Shown one piece after another: positions 35,601-48,719 of a stretch of DNA of 64,000 nucleotides. Every line of letters starts with the position of its first letter. Positions within the stretch are counted from its first letter, which is position 1. Under the pieces are notes generated by a model. It had not been told where the DNA came from and searched no databases. It worked only from the letters and a program-made list of their open reading frames with translations. Source of the stretch: Nemertoderma westbladi (Eukaryota > Animalia > Xenacoelomorpha); the NCBI GenBank assembly GCA_032718475.1, contig JAUCBJ010001520.1:1-64000 (forward strand). The letters are read 5' to 3'. The translations under genes and the position numbers were made by a program.

Positions 35601-37699
35601 AGCAATAAAAAGAGTTTAAACTCTGACTCTCGCAATTTACTTTGCTCTTCTTTAATACAGTGTCACGTGGACTATCTGTGCTCTTCTTGGTAAACAAAAC
35701 AGCTCAAATGTAAATTACAAGTAGCTCAGAATAAAGTAGTACGATTTATTGAAGACTACAAACCTAGGCACCACCTAACTCCAGATGAATTTTCTGAATC
35801 TGGACTACTTAACTTAGATAGTAGAGTTAAGCAGCTACGCGTTAACCATGTGCATAAAGTGTATAATGGTAAGTGTCCCAATTACCGAAAACAAAAATTC
35901 AACAGAGTACGCGATACACTCTTACAGTACCAGAACTAGTGCTTCAAACTTCTACCTCCCGAATTGTAAATCCTTCAAATCTGATACTTCCAATTTTAAC
36001 TACTACTGAGCTATGGCATTGAAAGCGTTTTGGGCATCAATCATCAACACCCCCACTCCCCATCCTGTAACATCATTGCCTACAATCAGTTCCCAAAAGA
36101 TAAGGATTGTCACCCTCCATGCATGCCTAAACCACTGCACAAAGATTGTCTATAATGTTCACTTCTATAATGTTTTACTCCCATGCCTGCCACCAAAGCC
36201 ATAGCCTTACCAAGGATCCATTGTAAAAGAGTCTCACCCATTCCAACTGGATGCACTCCTAGGCATTTGACCAGGGCTAAAAGCCTATTTGACATATTTT
36301 CCTTATGTCATCCCTTGGTACTAAACAGAATTAGCCAGTTTTGAACCCAGTGCTCCTACGACCTACAGCATTGTGCAAGTGGGCACTGGAATCAAGCGAC
36401 CTGGTAGCATCCTGACCAGAAAAACCACCACTACCTTGGACTTTGTCTGCTACAGCTTCTATGAGAGATGAAGTCAGCATAGTTATAAAAGTATTTAACT
36501 TGGATCCAGGCAGAGATCATTCCCAGGTGGGGAAGCTTCTGGATTCAAGGCTAGTAGTAATTCTATGTATTATTCGCCCTTGACTACTATCTCAACATTG
36601 GGGTCAAGTAAACCTCCACCATCTTGCTCTGCGATCCTCACTCCTGACCTTACCTCTCCTCTCATCATTCATTTTGAGAAGATGCAGATGGTCTGTTATT
36701 CTTCTTTAAAACTGCTGGTGTATCCACAGCAAACATGCATTGAAACTTTCAATCCAAATCATCTGCCTCTACCTACAGGGTCTCAAACTCCCCAGTATCC
36801 CACTCCCACTGCTGGAAACACTGTTCCAGGAGTTTCCTTCTTGTAAATATATAAAAAACTCACACATGTATAGATTTTGTCCCATTTTTTTCCCTTTGAA
36901 CTCATGAATAACATGATTGAAATTGCAACTCTCTGCTAACTTCTCGGCTTCACGTGCAATTTTGTTATTCCATTTCTGAAAAAATGTAAATGACATGTAA
37001 AATGACATCAAATAAATATTAAATATGTCACTGACAGAGCAATTACTGTAAAAATTAGTTAGAGCCTAGTGCCTCAGTTTTTGTCGGATTTTTTCCACAT
37101 CCACCACTTTGCACAAATTAGCAACTGTACATGTACATGTTTGGAGATAGCCATAACGAGAACCAGTGGAATAACCGAAACATATTGGATTCTGTAGACA
37201 ATATTTCTGTTTTTTTTTAGATTCGGCAATGACCCTATGCATTTTGACAAACTATGCGAAGGGCATGGATTAGTCAGCGAAACGCAGGTCACATGTGTGA
37301 AAGAAGAACTAAGTTTGTGACATGTCACATTTCTCACACCACATTTGATTTCATATTCTTCAGTCAACTAACCAATAATTGAAAAATGTGTTTATTAAAT
37401 GTAGTTATTAAATAACTACTTTAAATTACTTAAATTAAGAAGGACTAACAGGTGGAAACACCATGGCCTTAAAGTCCCTTAGAACTTACCAATGGACACA
37501 GAGGTTTTGATGGTCTGGGAAGTTTTTCACCGTTATCCATTGATCCTGGAAGGTCGCTCCTGTAGTCGTTATGAGCTTTGATAAGCGCCTTCTTAATATT
37601 TCTGTTGCATTTAGCGTCTGTTAAGGTAGTTTGTAGTAGTAGAGCAACCACAACTGAAAGAGCTATCATTATTACGTTGTGTCGTTGTGAAGTCGCCAT
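32694..37699 (-). CDS. Secreted CAP/SCP/PR-1 protein, paralogue 2, 193 aa; exons 37699-37490, 36975-36864, 33891-33755, 32816-32694
   Basis: GT-AG introns at the same positions and phases as paralogue 1, open joined frame, signal peptide, GHFTQVIW and [10 protein letters not shown] signatures. Ends YPYDT-TAA. Confidence 0.93.
33303..33473. ncRNA. Inverted pair of degenerate minimal hammerhead-ribozyme-like motifs (Penelope/retrozyme-like), intron 3 of paralogue 2
   Basis: ~73-bp inverted arms (33303-33375 / 33400-33473). Right arm reads CTGATGA-AG-GCCTCTC-TAG-GAGAGGC-A-GAA-GCTC, one A short of GAAA. Confidence 0.45.
34170..36010 (+). mobile_element. CR1-group (Crack/L2-like) LINE, internally deleted, intron 2 of paralogue 2
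   Basis: [60 protein letters not shown]…TESILFG, YLGATLD; many stops. Confidence 0.88.
36010..36842 (-). mobile_element. CRE-like non-LTR retrotransposon relic, intron 2 of paralogue 2
   Basis: [28 protein letters not shown] resembles the L.ALDK.PGVRPIG.GE.LRR..GK motif of CRE-clade RTs. Confidence 0.55.
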
Positions 37700-39454
37700 G
37701 TTCCTAGATCTTCATTTAGATAAATTTAAAATTAATTAGATGTAGGTTAGGTACTGTATATAGCATTGTAAAGGAAACATAGAGGTTAAAATAAAAAAAA
37801 AAATTTATTGATAATCTATTGTATTGCTAGTGCTAGTAATATTTCCATGCTGTACTCCGTGTAATGCAGCACTTAATACCGTTATGATCTGAATGATTGG
37901 TGCATTGTATGTGTGACGGAAATAATGAAAATGGGGTTTATTTTAAAATATACAGTTTTATTCCAAAGTTTAAAATTACGAAAATACTTTATATGAAAAC
38001 TATACCTACGAAAAGTTTTTGTTAATAAAGAGTGATATATTTTTGTGGAAACTCCCCAAATTTTACATACTAGAAAGCCAGAAAGCTGGCTATAAGAAGA
38101 CTGTCAGGCCCTTAAAGAAGGTCAGTTTGACGGTTTCCTTAAATTAAATCTGCTAATCCCATAAAAATTACAAATTTTGGAAAACAAATTTAAACAAAGG
38201 CACACACATCCCGTTACTGATAATGTCTTTAGGTTATATATCTATATGGAGTATATAGCAAAATAAAAATATACAGTGTATACGTACCGTCGTACCTGTT
38301 GCAGTCTTCTTTTGCAGAATTTAAACCTTTTTATCAAGTTTTACAAATAAACGTAGAGCTCATTACCTCGGCTTATATTATATATAATTCTAACCGGTTG
38401 AGATCAATGAAAGTAATTATTATGTCTTATTAAGAAGTCGCCAGAAAATTTGTTAAATACATTTTTGGGTGGATAACAGCTATTGTTATAAATTCGGTAT
38501 AGAAAACGTTACATACAAATTGGTCGGGTATGTTTTCTAAGGATCTCATAGTTAGAATTTGTATTTGGTGATCAATGATTGACCATTTTGCAAATTGTTT
38601 TCTGTGGAATTGTACAATTTTTGATAATTATGTTTCTATGTATTAACAGCTGCAGTACATTGGGCATGACGCAGAGGTAAATTAAAAATTTAAATCAATG
38701 TATAGTCGCTTTCTCAGAAAAATAATATGTAGAAAAGTAAAATTACATGGAGATATGGTCTCTTCATATATAACCCGGGATGAAAAGTCCGCGAGGAAAC
38801 ACTTCCATGTAACACCACGTCCACGTCATTCATCATATATATATAGCTAAATTAAAATAAACAGTACATACAAACCTGTTGCAGTCTTCTTAGCAAAATC
38901 ATAAACAATATTACAAGTTTGAAATTTATTTTAGAAATAAATGTATAGGTCACGTCATCACAACCTCATCTTGGCTTATATAATTTTATAGTCGAGATCA
39001 ATGAAAGTAATTAATGTCTTATTAAGAAATCCCAGGAAATTTTTGTTAAAACTTTGGTATATAAATAAATTTGTCTGATGTTTTTTCTAAAGATCTCATA
39101 ATTATAATTTTGTATCTTGTGATCAATGATTGGCCATTTTGCAAAGAAATTGTCCAATTTTTGATAATTATGTTTTCTCATGTATTAACAGCAGCAGTGC
39201 ATTGGGCGTGAGGCTGAGTTAAATTCATAATTTTGAGAAAGTTTGACCTCATTTCACAGTACAATAGGTAATAGAAAAGTAAAATAATTATTTATACCTA
39301 CCTACCTACCTGATTGGAATTTATGCAAATCTATTCAGTCAGGGGAGATATGGTCTGTTCTGCCAAATATTGAACCGTATGCATACAGATACACTCATTC
39401 AAACCAGAAATTAATGAGCAGAAACACGATTAGCACAAGTTTGTTATGCTGATT

Positions 39455-39732
39455 CCATCTCACTTAAAAATGCATTACCAGTTCTCGTACTCACTTTGTG
39501 ACTTCACTGCATTACCAGTTCTCCATCTCACTTTGTGACCTCACTGATGTCCAGTTCTCAATCTCATTTGTGACTTCACATCATTGTATTACGAGGTCTC
39601 CATCTCATTTTGTGACTTCCCATCACTGCAATACCAGTTCTCAATCTCACTTTGTGACTTCACTGCATTACCAGTTCTCCATCTCACTTTGTGACCTCAC
39701 TGCATTACCAGTTCTCCATCTCACTTTGGGAC
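39455..39732. repeat. Degenerate 37/42-bp minisatellite
   Basis: Units of (CAT)CACTGCATTACCAGTTCTCCATCTCACTTTGTGACTT. Confidence 0.85.
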
Positions 39733-39899
39733 CTAACATGCTGTTACCATGCTGGGAACATCGCTACAGTAGTATAAAAATTGTATCAAAATTAAACTAA
39801 AACTCTAATACTCTAATACTGCCTTACTTACCTACGTCTGCACTGCACGTCTGTACTGCCTGTACAATTTTGGCCTACCTGCTGACCTGGCTGCCCTCA

Positions 39900-40860
39900 G
39901 TTGTGTAAGGGGTGCTGGGTAGGATGATTGTTAGTAATGGAGATGTAATCGGCGTTAATTGTGACTCCCAGGTCAGGAATGGGCCTAACTCAGTTGTTTC
40001 GCTCATCGAAGTAGGTCTTGCGTCTAGTGTTGTGGAATCCATAGTGTGGTGCATTTCGTACCTGTGGACATTTGGAGTGCGAAAGAAACTCTTTTCAAAA
40101 TCGACAATACAGAACCAATCAACCGCCGTGATAAGGCAGAGAGATAAGCAGCGAGAGCGAATGCATTGGATATTATTGACAAGGTTAGAGGGCTGGAAAG
40201 TCAAGGGTCTTTGCCGATTATTGCAGTAAATGCGTTATAAGCTTTATCACTTCCAGCGATTAAATGCATTGCCGATAGACGAGTAGATGCAGAACAAAAG
40301 GTAAGACTTTTGGGACTCGAGAGTATGATGGAGGGATTTCATAACGATCTTATAGATAGAATGAAAGTCTTGGAACAGTCGATAGCTAAGTCGCAGATTC
40401 CAATACAACCGCCAATTCTGTCCTGCCCATTTCGTGATGCCCTTTTAGGTATGGATGTATTTGATTGTTAACTCCTACTTTCCAGTAGATACCCGTTCTG
40501 TAGACACAGTATCTGATGAACTATTATCTGTATTATGTAAAGTGAATAATATAATTTCCAACTCAGGGTGTAATACATTCATTTAGGCTGGTAATCTCAA
40601 TGCTGATTTTGATAGATTTACAATGCACGTCCGCGTTATAAATAATTTTTTCGTTGAAAATAACGTAACATGTGTATGGGATATTAACGATTCAAATGTT
40701 TTACATACTTTCAGTTCTTTAAGAGATAACAATGTATATTTTTCGACCATTGCGCCGCTGCGTCCTGTCTTTATAGTAATAAGACTAACAATCCAGCCAA
40801 TGGCAAGTCTTCAAACGGAACACGTCAAACCGTACAAAGACAATAGTGTATTCTGGCACA
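39900..40860 (+). mobile_element. Multiply deleted LINE relic (ORF1 N-terminus fused to endonuclease/linker fragment)
   Basis: Hand translation SAKETLFK…INRRDK…DIIDKV..LESQGSLPIIAV.A..ALSLP matches AAKQCLFE…INRQD…DIWDKL..LDSFGFLPVIAVEAIAALSLP at 42540-42720. 40447-40860 matches 30710-31130. Confidence 0.7.
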
Positions 40861-41663
40861 TCATTGCATTACCAGTTCTCCATCTCACTTTGTGACCTCA
40901 CTGCATTACTAGTTCACCATCTCACTTTGGGACTTCACTGCATTACTAGTTCACCATTTCATTTTGTGACTTCACATCATTGCATTACCAGTTCCCATCT
41001 CTCTTTGTGACTTCACATCATTGCATTACTAGTTCACCATCTCACTTTGGCAATTCACTGCATTACTAGTTCACCATCTCACTTTGTGACTACACATCAT
41101 TGCATTACCAGTTCACCATCTCACATTGTGACTTCACATAATTGCATTACCAGTTCTCCATCTCACTTTGTGACTTCACATCATTGCATTACCAGTTCTC
41201 CATCTCACTTTGTGACTTCACATCATTGCATTACCAGTTCTCCATCTCACTTTGTGACTTCACATCACTGCATTACCAATTCTCCATCTCACTTTGGGAC
41301 TTCATATCACTGCATTACCAGTTCTCCATCTCACTTTGTGACTTCACATCATTGCATTACCAGTTGCCCATCTCACTTTGTGACTTCACATCATTGCATT
41401 ACCAGTTCCCCATCTCACTTTGTGACTTCACATCATTGCATTACCAGTTCTCCATCTCACTTTGGGACTTCACATCACTGCATTACCAGTTCTCCATCTC
41501 ACTTTGTGACTTCACATCCTTGCATTACCAGTTCTCCATCTCACTTTGTGACTTCACTGCATTACCAGTTCACCATCTCACTTTGTGACTTCACATCATT
41601 GCATTACCAGTTCACCATCTCACTTTGGGAATTCACTGCATTACTAGTTCTCCATCTCACTTT
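40856..41663. repeat. 42-bp minisatellite (with 37-bp variants), about 20 units
   Basis: Consensus CACATCATTGCATTACCAGTTCTCCATCTCACTTTGTGACTT. Confidence 0.95.
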
Positions 41664-42192
41664 GTATGGATGTATTTGATTGTTAACTCCTACTTTCCAG
41701 TAGATACCCGTTCTGTAAACACAGTATCTGATGAATTATTATCTGTATTATGTAAAGTGAATAATATAATTTCCAACTCAGGGTGTAATACATTTATTTA
41801 GGCTGGTAATCTCAATGCTGATTTTGATAGATTTACAATGCACGTCTGCGTTATAAATAATTTTTTCGTTGAAAATAACGTAACATGTGTATGGGATATT
41901 AACGATTCAAATGTTTTACATACTTTCAGTTCTTTAAGAGATAACAATGTATATTTTTCGACCATTGCGCCGCTGCGTCCTGTCTTTATAGTAATAAGAC
42001 TAACAATCCAGCCAATGGCAAGTCTTCGAACGGAACACGTCAAACCGTACAAAGACAATAGTGTATTCTGGCACATCATTGCATTACCATTTCACCATCT
42101 CACTTTAGGACTTCACTGCATTACTAGTTCACCATCTCACTTTGGGACTTCACATCATTGCATTACCAGTTCTCCATCTGACTCTGGGACTT
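41664..42192 (+). repeat. Second local copy of LINE-relic + minisatellite cassette
   Basis: Near-identical to 40449-40980. Confidence 0.9.
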
Positions 42193-42335
42193 TGCGGTAC
42201 TTCTGTACATATTTTTTATTTTTTAGATTATTGCGTGGTAAAGTAAAACTGGCAGTATACTGAATAAATACTAAATACTGAATCACAGACTGACCAATAA
42301 CTGAATAACAGTACAGACGTTACTGCTATCTGGCT

Positions 42336-43601
42336 ATGGTCACTCCTCCTTCTAGTGGCCCGGTGGTGCGCCGGGCGGAGGCGTCTGGCAGTGTGTCTCA
42401 GTCAATGGATATGGATAATGTCAATCCGAAGATCATTATAGTTAATTCGTGCCTCTCTGTGATCATGCAAGGTCTTGTTTCGAGAACTACTGCAGTGACT
42501 AGCGAATTCTGTTTGTCCAGCTTTGTGTCCTAGGAAGTCTTCGCTGCTAAACAGTGTTTATTTGAGAAATACGGGGACCGTGTTATTAACAGACAAGATA
42601 CCGGTGAGCGTACTGCCAGTGCGGCGAATTTTAAAGATATCTGGGACAAACTGAAGGAACTAGATAGTTTTGGGTTTCTCCCAGTTATTGCGGTCGAGGC
42701 GATAGCTGCCCTGTCACTGCCAACGTTCCCTTCGGCACTAGGTTCGAAAGGTTCAGGCGGTAATGCGGGCATAAGAAATGTTACGGAGATAGATAGTGTT
42801 ACACGGTTAGCATTGATGGACGCGAAGCTAGACACAATTCATAACTCGATTATGGAGAAGATTGATTTGTCGTCGCTCTCCTCTCCTAGATTACCTTCGA
42901 CTTCAGTATCAACCCAGGGGGAACCTCCCAAACAGGGACATGTTACTACTGGTACTCAACGAAGTCAGTCTCCGGCAAGTTGGTGGAAAGATTCGTACAG
43001 TGCGGCCACCCTTCGAGGTGGATCTTCCTCGGCCCATAGACCGCCACAGGTTGCTAGGTCCATGGCCCCACCCTACCTTAACCTTGGTTCTATTGGGGGA
43101 GGTATTCGAGGTCCACGGGTAGGTTCGGAGATGGTTGTGGCGAACAGGTTCTCCGTCCTCGGAGGAACCCCAGGCAGTAAGAAGAGACCGCGACCAAATA
43201 CCCCTCAGAAGATGCCACGACCAGAAGAGTTGGAAGTCCAACCACGTAAAGAACGTCATCATCGGGAGTGCGTCGTCGGTACGGTGAAGAATACGGGAAC
43301 CACCAGGAATAGGAAGTCGAGAGCGGCACCAAAGTATATTTTTGTATTCCGTGTGGATGTAGGGACTCTTACAGAGCATCTCGTCGACGATTTAGCAGCA
43401 GCTGGTATCAATATCTCTGCGAGCGCCGTCCGCAAGATTTCGCACGTAGATGCCCGTATAGCTAGCTTACGGATCGCAATCCCCGCTCATCAAATTGACG
43501 CTGCTAAGGAACCTTCGGTCTGGGACCACGGGGTCTGCGTTCGGCCGTGGTTCTACACGCCAAGGGATATGGTGAGAGGTGGTGAGAGTCAGGGTCATTG
43601 A
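42336..43601 (+). pseudogene. LINE ORF1 protein (one internal stop)
   Basis: C-terminal IFVFRV…ISHVDARIASLRIAI…SVWDHGVCVRPW RRM-like domain typical of LINE ORF1s, located upstream of ORF2. Confidence 0.7.
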
Positions 43602-43654
43602 AACTCAGTTGGTTTGGCTGTTGGTATTCTTAACTTTTTATATATTTATTTATA

Positions 43655-46600
43655 ATGGATTCCTCGATTTCTAACCTTTCTGTGAGGTCTTTTAATAGCA
43701 CCGGGTTTGGGCCAGATAAGATAGATTTAATAAAATGTTTGTCCTTCGGATCTGATATACTGTGCTTGCAAGAACACTTTGTTTTAAAGGATAACCTAAA
43801 TTATATCCGCAAGGAATTTGAACCAATGTTTAAATGTTTTAACGAACCTGCGATTTTTATTAACCCTTCGCAGTCTGGCCGACCCTCGGGTGGTTTGTCG
43901 ATTTTAGTAAAAAATTAGTTATGTAAATATGTAAATTATTTTACGTCTCAGAACCACCGTTTACATGCGATTAAGTTAACATTGCCGAGCTCTACTCTAG
44001 CCATTGTTAATGTTTACTTTCCAACCGACAGTAGATCTTTAACTGCTGTGTCAGATGAGTTTTTAACTATTCTTAATGATATACGAGAGATAATTACGAG
44101 ACTTAATTGCTGTAATGTTATGTTGGTAGGAGACTTTAATGCCGATTTTACTCGAATACAGCACATGTCGAATTATTACAGACTTTTATTAATTCCCTTG
44201 GTCTTGTAGATATGTGGTCTACATATCCGGTCGATTTTACATACCTACACACTGTTAATAACAATTCATTTGCGTCTACACTTGACCATTTTTTAGTTTC
44301 GGGTGCATTGGCTGATTATTGTACAGATGGTGGGGTAACACACATTGGTTCAAATTTTTCTAATCATAGTCCGGTATTTGTTAAATGTAATGTAGATAGT
44401 TTAGATAACGGTGGTGATACGGATCTGGCTTCACAAAATTTTATTGGTAAGCCAAGTTTTAGACGAGCCTCCAATGTTCAGAAATCTGAATTCGTCAATG
44501 TTTTAAGATCTAATGTAGATGGTATCGCTGGTATAAATTGTGCATTGTGCAATGATTTGTTTTGTGTCGATGTCTCTCATGTAAGTAATATTGAATCGTT
44601 TGTGTATAATCTGACAGAGGCGTTGAATGACGCATCGCAGTGTCTCCCTCGTCCCTCCCCTCCCAATAGTAGGACAGGTACGCCAGTAATGCCTGGCTGG
44701 AATGAGCATGTCCGCCCTTATAAGGAGGAATGTTTATTTTGGCATAGCGTTTGGATCTCGGCCGGGAGGCCTAATGAGTCACAGAGCAATTTATTTCATT
44801 TAAGAAGAGTATCAAGAGCGCAATACAAATACGCAGTGCGGCGTTTGAAATGCAATGTAGATTCCATTCGTAGAGATAAATTCATGCAAGCCTGTCTAGA
44901 AAGTGGTTCCGATATTTTTGCTGAAATTAAGAGGCATAGGGGGAACCTATCCAACCTTAGTATGTCCGTGGATGGGGTCAATGACCCCAATGGGATTTCG
45001 GATAAATTTGCCTCCATTTATTCCCAGCTTTACAATCAGAATTATAATGATGACATGTCTCATTTAGAATCTCTCATTAAAGATGGTATAGATAACTTAA
45101 ATCATGAGGATATGGAATGGATAACCCCCCAGTTAGTTTCTGCCGCAATAAATAAACTCCAGTCTGGTAAGTCCGATGTTGTGGGTGATTTTAATTCGGA
45201 TTGTTTCTTGAACGCATCTGAGGTTTTATCGCATCCACTAGATCAACTTGCTTACTGGGCGGAAAAGCCAACCAACCACAAAGGTTAAGGCTGAATCACC
45301 AGCCAATCGCCTCAATGGTTGGAAAGCCCACTTTGAAAAGCTCCTCAATAATGACAGGGTATTGCCTGATAACTTTATAGAAGTAAAAGTGTCTGAGTCT
45401 GTACTCCCAGATATTCCCATTGGCGATATCTCCTTTGCAGAAGTGAAGGCTGCTGCAAAGAGCATTAAGACCAATCGTGCCAGTGGAGTAGATGGTGTTC
45501 CCCTGAGGTCTTTAAAATACCTGAGTGTTTAAAGCTCATCTATCCCATCATAGTAGACATGTACCGAACAACTAGAGTCCCACAAGAAATGAAAACAAAT
45601 AAGTTGGTGCCAGTTCCCAAGAAGGGCAACCTAACACTCTATGGTTCTTTTCGGGGAATCTCATTGATCTCGATTGCTGCAAAGCTATACAATAGGATTC
45701 TATTAAATCGCATCAGGGATCCCATTGAGAGACTGCTCCGTGGAAATCAGAATGGGTTCCGTAAGGGTCGTGGTACCATGGAGCCCATTTTGGCACTTCA
45801 CACACAAGGATAATTGAAGAATTATCAAAAAAGAAAGACAGGCATCTGGCTGTTATCTTTGTTGACTTCTTCAAGGCCTTTGATTCAGTCTCTCGCTCAC
45901 GTATGTTCAGCATACTTTCATTATATGGGATTCCTGATGAAATTATTGCAGCAATAAGATCAGTATACGATGGTTCGACAACATTTGTGTCTACTGTTGA
46001 CGGTGACACAGAACCATTTGAAGTGTTATGGGGCGTCCTCCAAGGAGACACACTTGCACCATTCTTGTTCATTATTGTGGTTGACTATGTTCTACGCATG
46101 TCCTTAGATCATCATAATGATGATGGGGTGATGATAACTCCACCTACTGGCTCCAGAAGTCGAGGAAATCCTGCCAAGTACCTAACTGATCTAGACTTTG
46201 CTGATGACTTAGGAGTACTCTCAGAATCACTAGAGGGAGCCCAACGGCTCCTCAGCTCATTTGAACATGCTGCTTCTAGTGTTGGTCTTTTTATTAACTC
46301 CAGAAAGACCAAAATTTTGACAGTTAACTTTGAAAGTCCTCAGCAAGTCTCTGATCGGATGAGCATAAGCTCAAAGGATGGTATGCTTGAGCATGTGGAC
46401 GACTTCTGTTACCTGGGATCATGGATCCGGAAGTCAGGTGAGGACCTTCGAATACGTAAGGGAAAGGCATGGGCAGCCTTGAATAGACTTTCCAGGATTT
46501 GGAAGTCACCGAGAATTAATTGGAAACTTAAGGTCCGATTATTTAGAGCAGCAGTAGTTCCAGTACTCCTCTACGGGAGTCCATGCTGGGCTCTATCTGC

Positions 46601-48479
46601 TGAGGACACCAAATCTCTGGATGGCACATTCACAAGAATGCTACGCCGGGTTTATTGTGTCAAGTACAATGCACACATCTCCAACCAGACACTATATAAC
46701 ATTGGAGATGTCTCATTGGTTCCCCCAAGCTTGACACTAGAACAAAATCGCCTCCGCTTTGCAGGACATTGCTTTCGCCGTGAGGACCAGCCAGTGCATA
46801 ATCTTGTACTTTGGCAGCCTCATGGAGTGAATAAGCATGGTGGACAGCCCATGACTTTCTTGAGACGCATCTTAAAGGACACTGGCCTTGAAGATGCGGA
46901 TGATCTAGCAAATGTCATGGGTGATAGGGAGTTGTGGCGGTGCAATTTTGTTGACAAGCCGGCACAGCTTTCTTAAAAATGCAGCTGCAATGCAGCATGC
47001 CGATCCTAGTAGTAGTAGTAGCGCAGTTTATTTAATACTTGCCTGATGCACGGTTTTGTTCCAAAGTTTCTTCTTATGTCATCGATAATTCCATTAATTA
47101 AGGATAAACTTGTCGATGCGGCGAGTTCGTCGAACTACCGCGCAATTGCAATATCGTCACTGATCCTGAAGACGTTTGAGTGGGTTATGGTTTTGTCTCA
47201 GGGAGAATCTCTGCAGGTAGACGAACTTCAGTTTGGGTTTCAAAAAGGTTCGAGTAGAGTACGACGTCATGTAGCTGGGCAGCTAGTGAGGTGATCTCGT
47301 TCTATTCCCGATTCTCTATGCCGGTGTATGGTTGCTTCCTGGATTTATCTAAGGCGTTTGATATGGTCAACTGGGTTTCACTATTTTTGGAGTTGATTAA
47401 GAAAGGCTTCTCCTTGTTATTCCTTAGAATGTTGCTATTCATGTACCGCGGGCAAACGTGTTGTGTTAGATGGGGTTCATCATCCTCTGAAGAGTTCCCT
47501 ATTACTAATGGTGTGCGGCAGGGGTCAGTGGCTTCACCGCTGCTTTTTTGTGTAATCTTAAATACACTTGTTGTGCGTCTTAGGGATTCTGGAATTGGGT
47601 GCCACATTGGATCTAGGTATTTTGGGGTTTTAGTGTACGCGGACGACATTTTACTATTGTGTCCGTCTATTGCTGGTTTACAGAAAATGTTGAATATATG
47701 TAGTAATTTCGCGGCCGAAAACAATATGTCTTTTAGTACCAACACGGACCCAAACAAAAGCAAAAGTAAGTGCATTCCTTTCGGTTTTTCTTGGTCACCT
47801 CCTAACTGTAATATTTTACTTAACAATACAGTATTGCCGTGGGTTAAACAGGCAACACACTTAGGTAATGTTTTTCATTTCAGTGGTAAATTTGGTGCAA
47901 ACATTACAGTTAAACGTGGTAAATTTATAGGTAAATTGGTGAGCTTATGTTGGGAATTCTATTTTTCACATCCACATTGTTTATCAGTTTTGCAGCGTAT
48001 TTACTGTACTAGTTTTTATGGCAGTACTCTGTGGGATCTTTGGTCAGATGTTGTACGTTTAATGACATCATGGCAAATTAATGTACGTTTGGTGTGGGGA
48101 TTACCGGTAAATACCCATCGTTACATAGTTGAGGGTATTGTGCCTTTTGTACATCCATACAGTGTTATGTAGTAGATTCGTAACGTTTGCCCAGTCTCTA
48201 TTATCTAGTAATAAACCTTCCTTATATTTTTTAGCTTCACTAAGTTTGTTTGATTATCGTACAGTTTCTGGTGCTAATTTGCGGCGTATTTGTAGTAAAT
48301 GTAACGTAGATTTCAGTTCCGTGTCTAAACATGTTTGTAACTCAGTTACTTGGTACCCTGACAATCGTTCCAATTCAATAATTCCGCTTTGTAGAGAAAT
48401 TGTAGATTATAATTTAGGTCTTTTAGAAATTCCCGGTTTCAGTTTGGAGGAAATTAATGCTATTTTATTAAATATATGA
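43655..48479 (+). pseudogene. LINE ORF2 endonuclease-reverse transcriptase, broken by stops, frameshifts and the RTE insertion
   Basis: Fragments 43655-43918, 43982-44209, 44212-45238, 47022-47294, 47291-48172 and 48129-48479 are collinear. Confidence 0.85.
45241..47021 (+). mobile_element. 5'-truncated RTE-clade LINE nested in the Proto2/RTE-X-like element
   Basis: RT motifs FRGISL, QNGFR, VDF.KAFDS, GVLQGDTLAP, DFADDL, YLGS. (TAG)n tail at 47007-47021. Host frame resumes (…AQ.FNTCLMHGFVP). Confidence 0.92.
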
Positions 48480-48719
48480 GCTAATTAATCACTTGTCGAT
48501 GTCTCATTTACTCTTGTATTGCTATTCTATGTATTGCTTTATAATGTTATTTGTGCTATTTTACGTAGGGCCTACAACTCTGTACTTATATATTTTTTTG
48601 TATAATGTACGATATGAATTAAATAAATAAATTTACTGGAAAGGTTTTTTTTACTAACTTGCATGATTAATTAAATTAATCTATAATTATTGATATTTAT
48701 CTATCTAAAGTTCAATTCA

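Larger units (their letters stand above)
31225..39440. repeat. Tandem segmental duplication, block 2
   Basis: Highly similar to 50053-58181 and, less so, to 2998-13910. Contains an older internal duplication (38270-38765 versus 38870-39360). Confidence 0.88.
42193..48632 (+). mobile_element. Apparently full-length two-ORF LINE (Proto2/RTE-X-like), degraded, interrupted by an RTE
   Basis: ORF1 42336-43601 (in-frame stop at 42531). ORF2 43655-~48490 with EN (SFNSTGF, LCLQEH, GRPSGGL, NVYFP, GDFNAD, TLDHFL, SNHSPV) and RT (SNYRAIAI, QFGFQ, LDLSKAFD, NGVRQG, VYADDILL, HLG). AT-rich 3' UTR ending in (TAAA)n near 48620-48632. Clade assignment is tentative. Confidence 0.85.

Noticed and set aside
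37074-37367. Identical 97-aa ORF in intron 1 of paralogues 2 and 3 as a nested gene
   Set aside because: Identity is explained by recent duplication; it is disrupted in paralogue 1, has no recognisable domain and has a non-ATG start.
40856-41679. CRISPR array or His/Cys-rich repeat protein (ORFs 41047-41679, 41142-41588)
   Set aside because: Units are contiguous with no unique spacers and there are no cas genes. The ORFs arise because the 42-bp unit lacks stops, and 37-bp variants break the frame.
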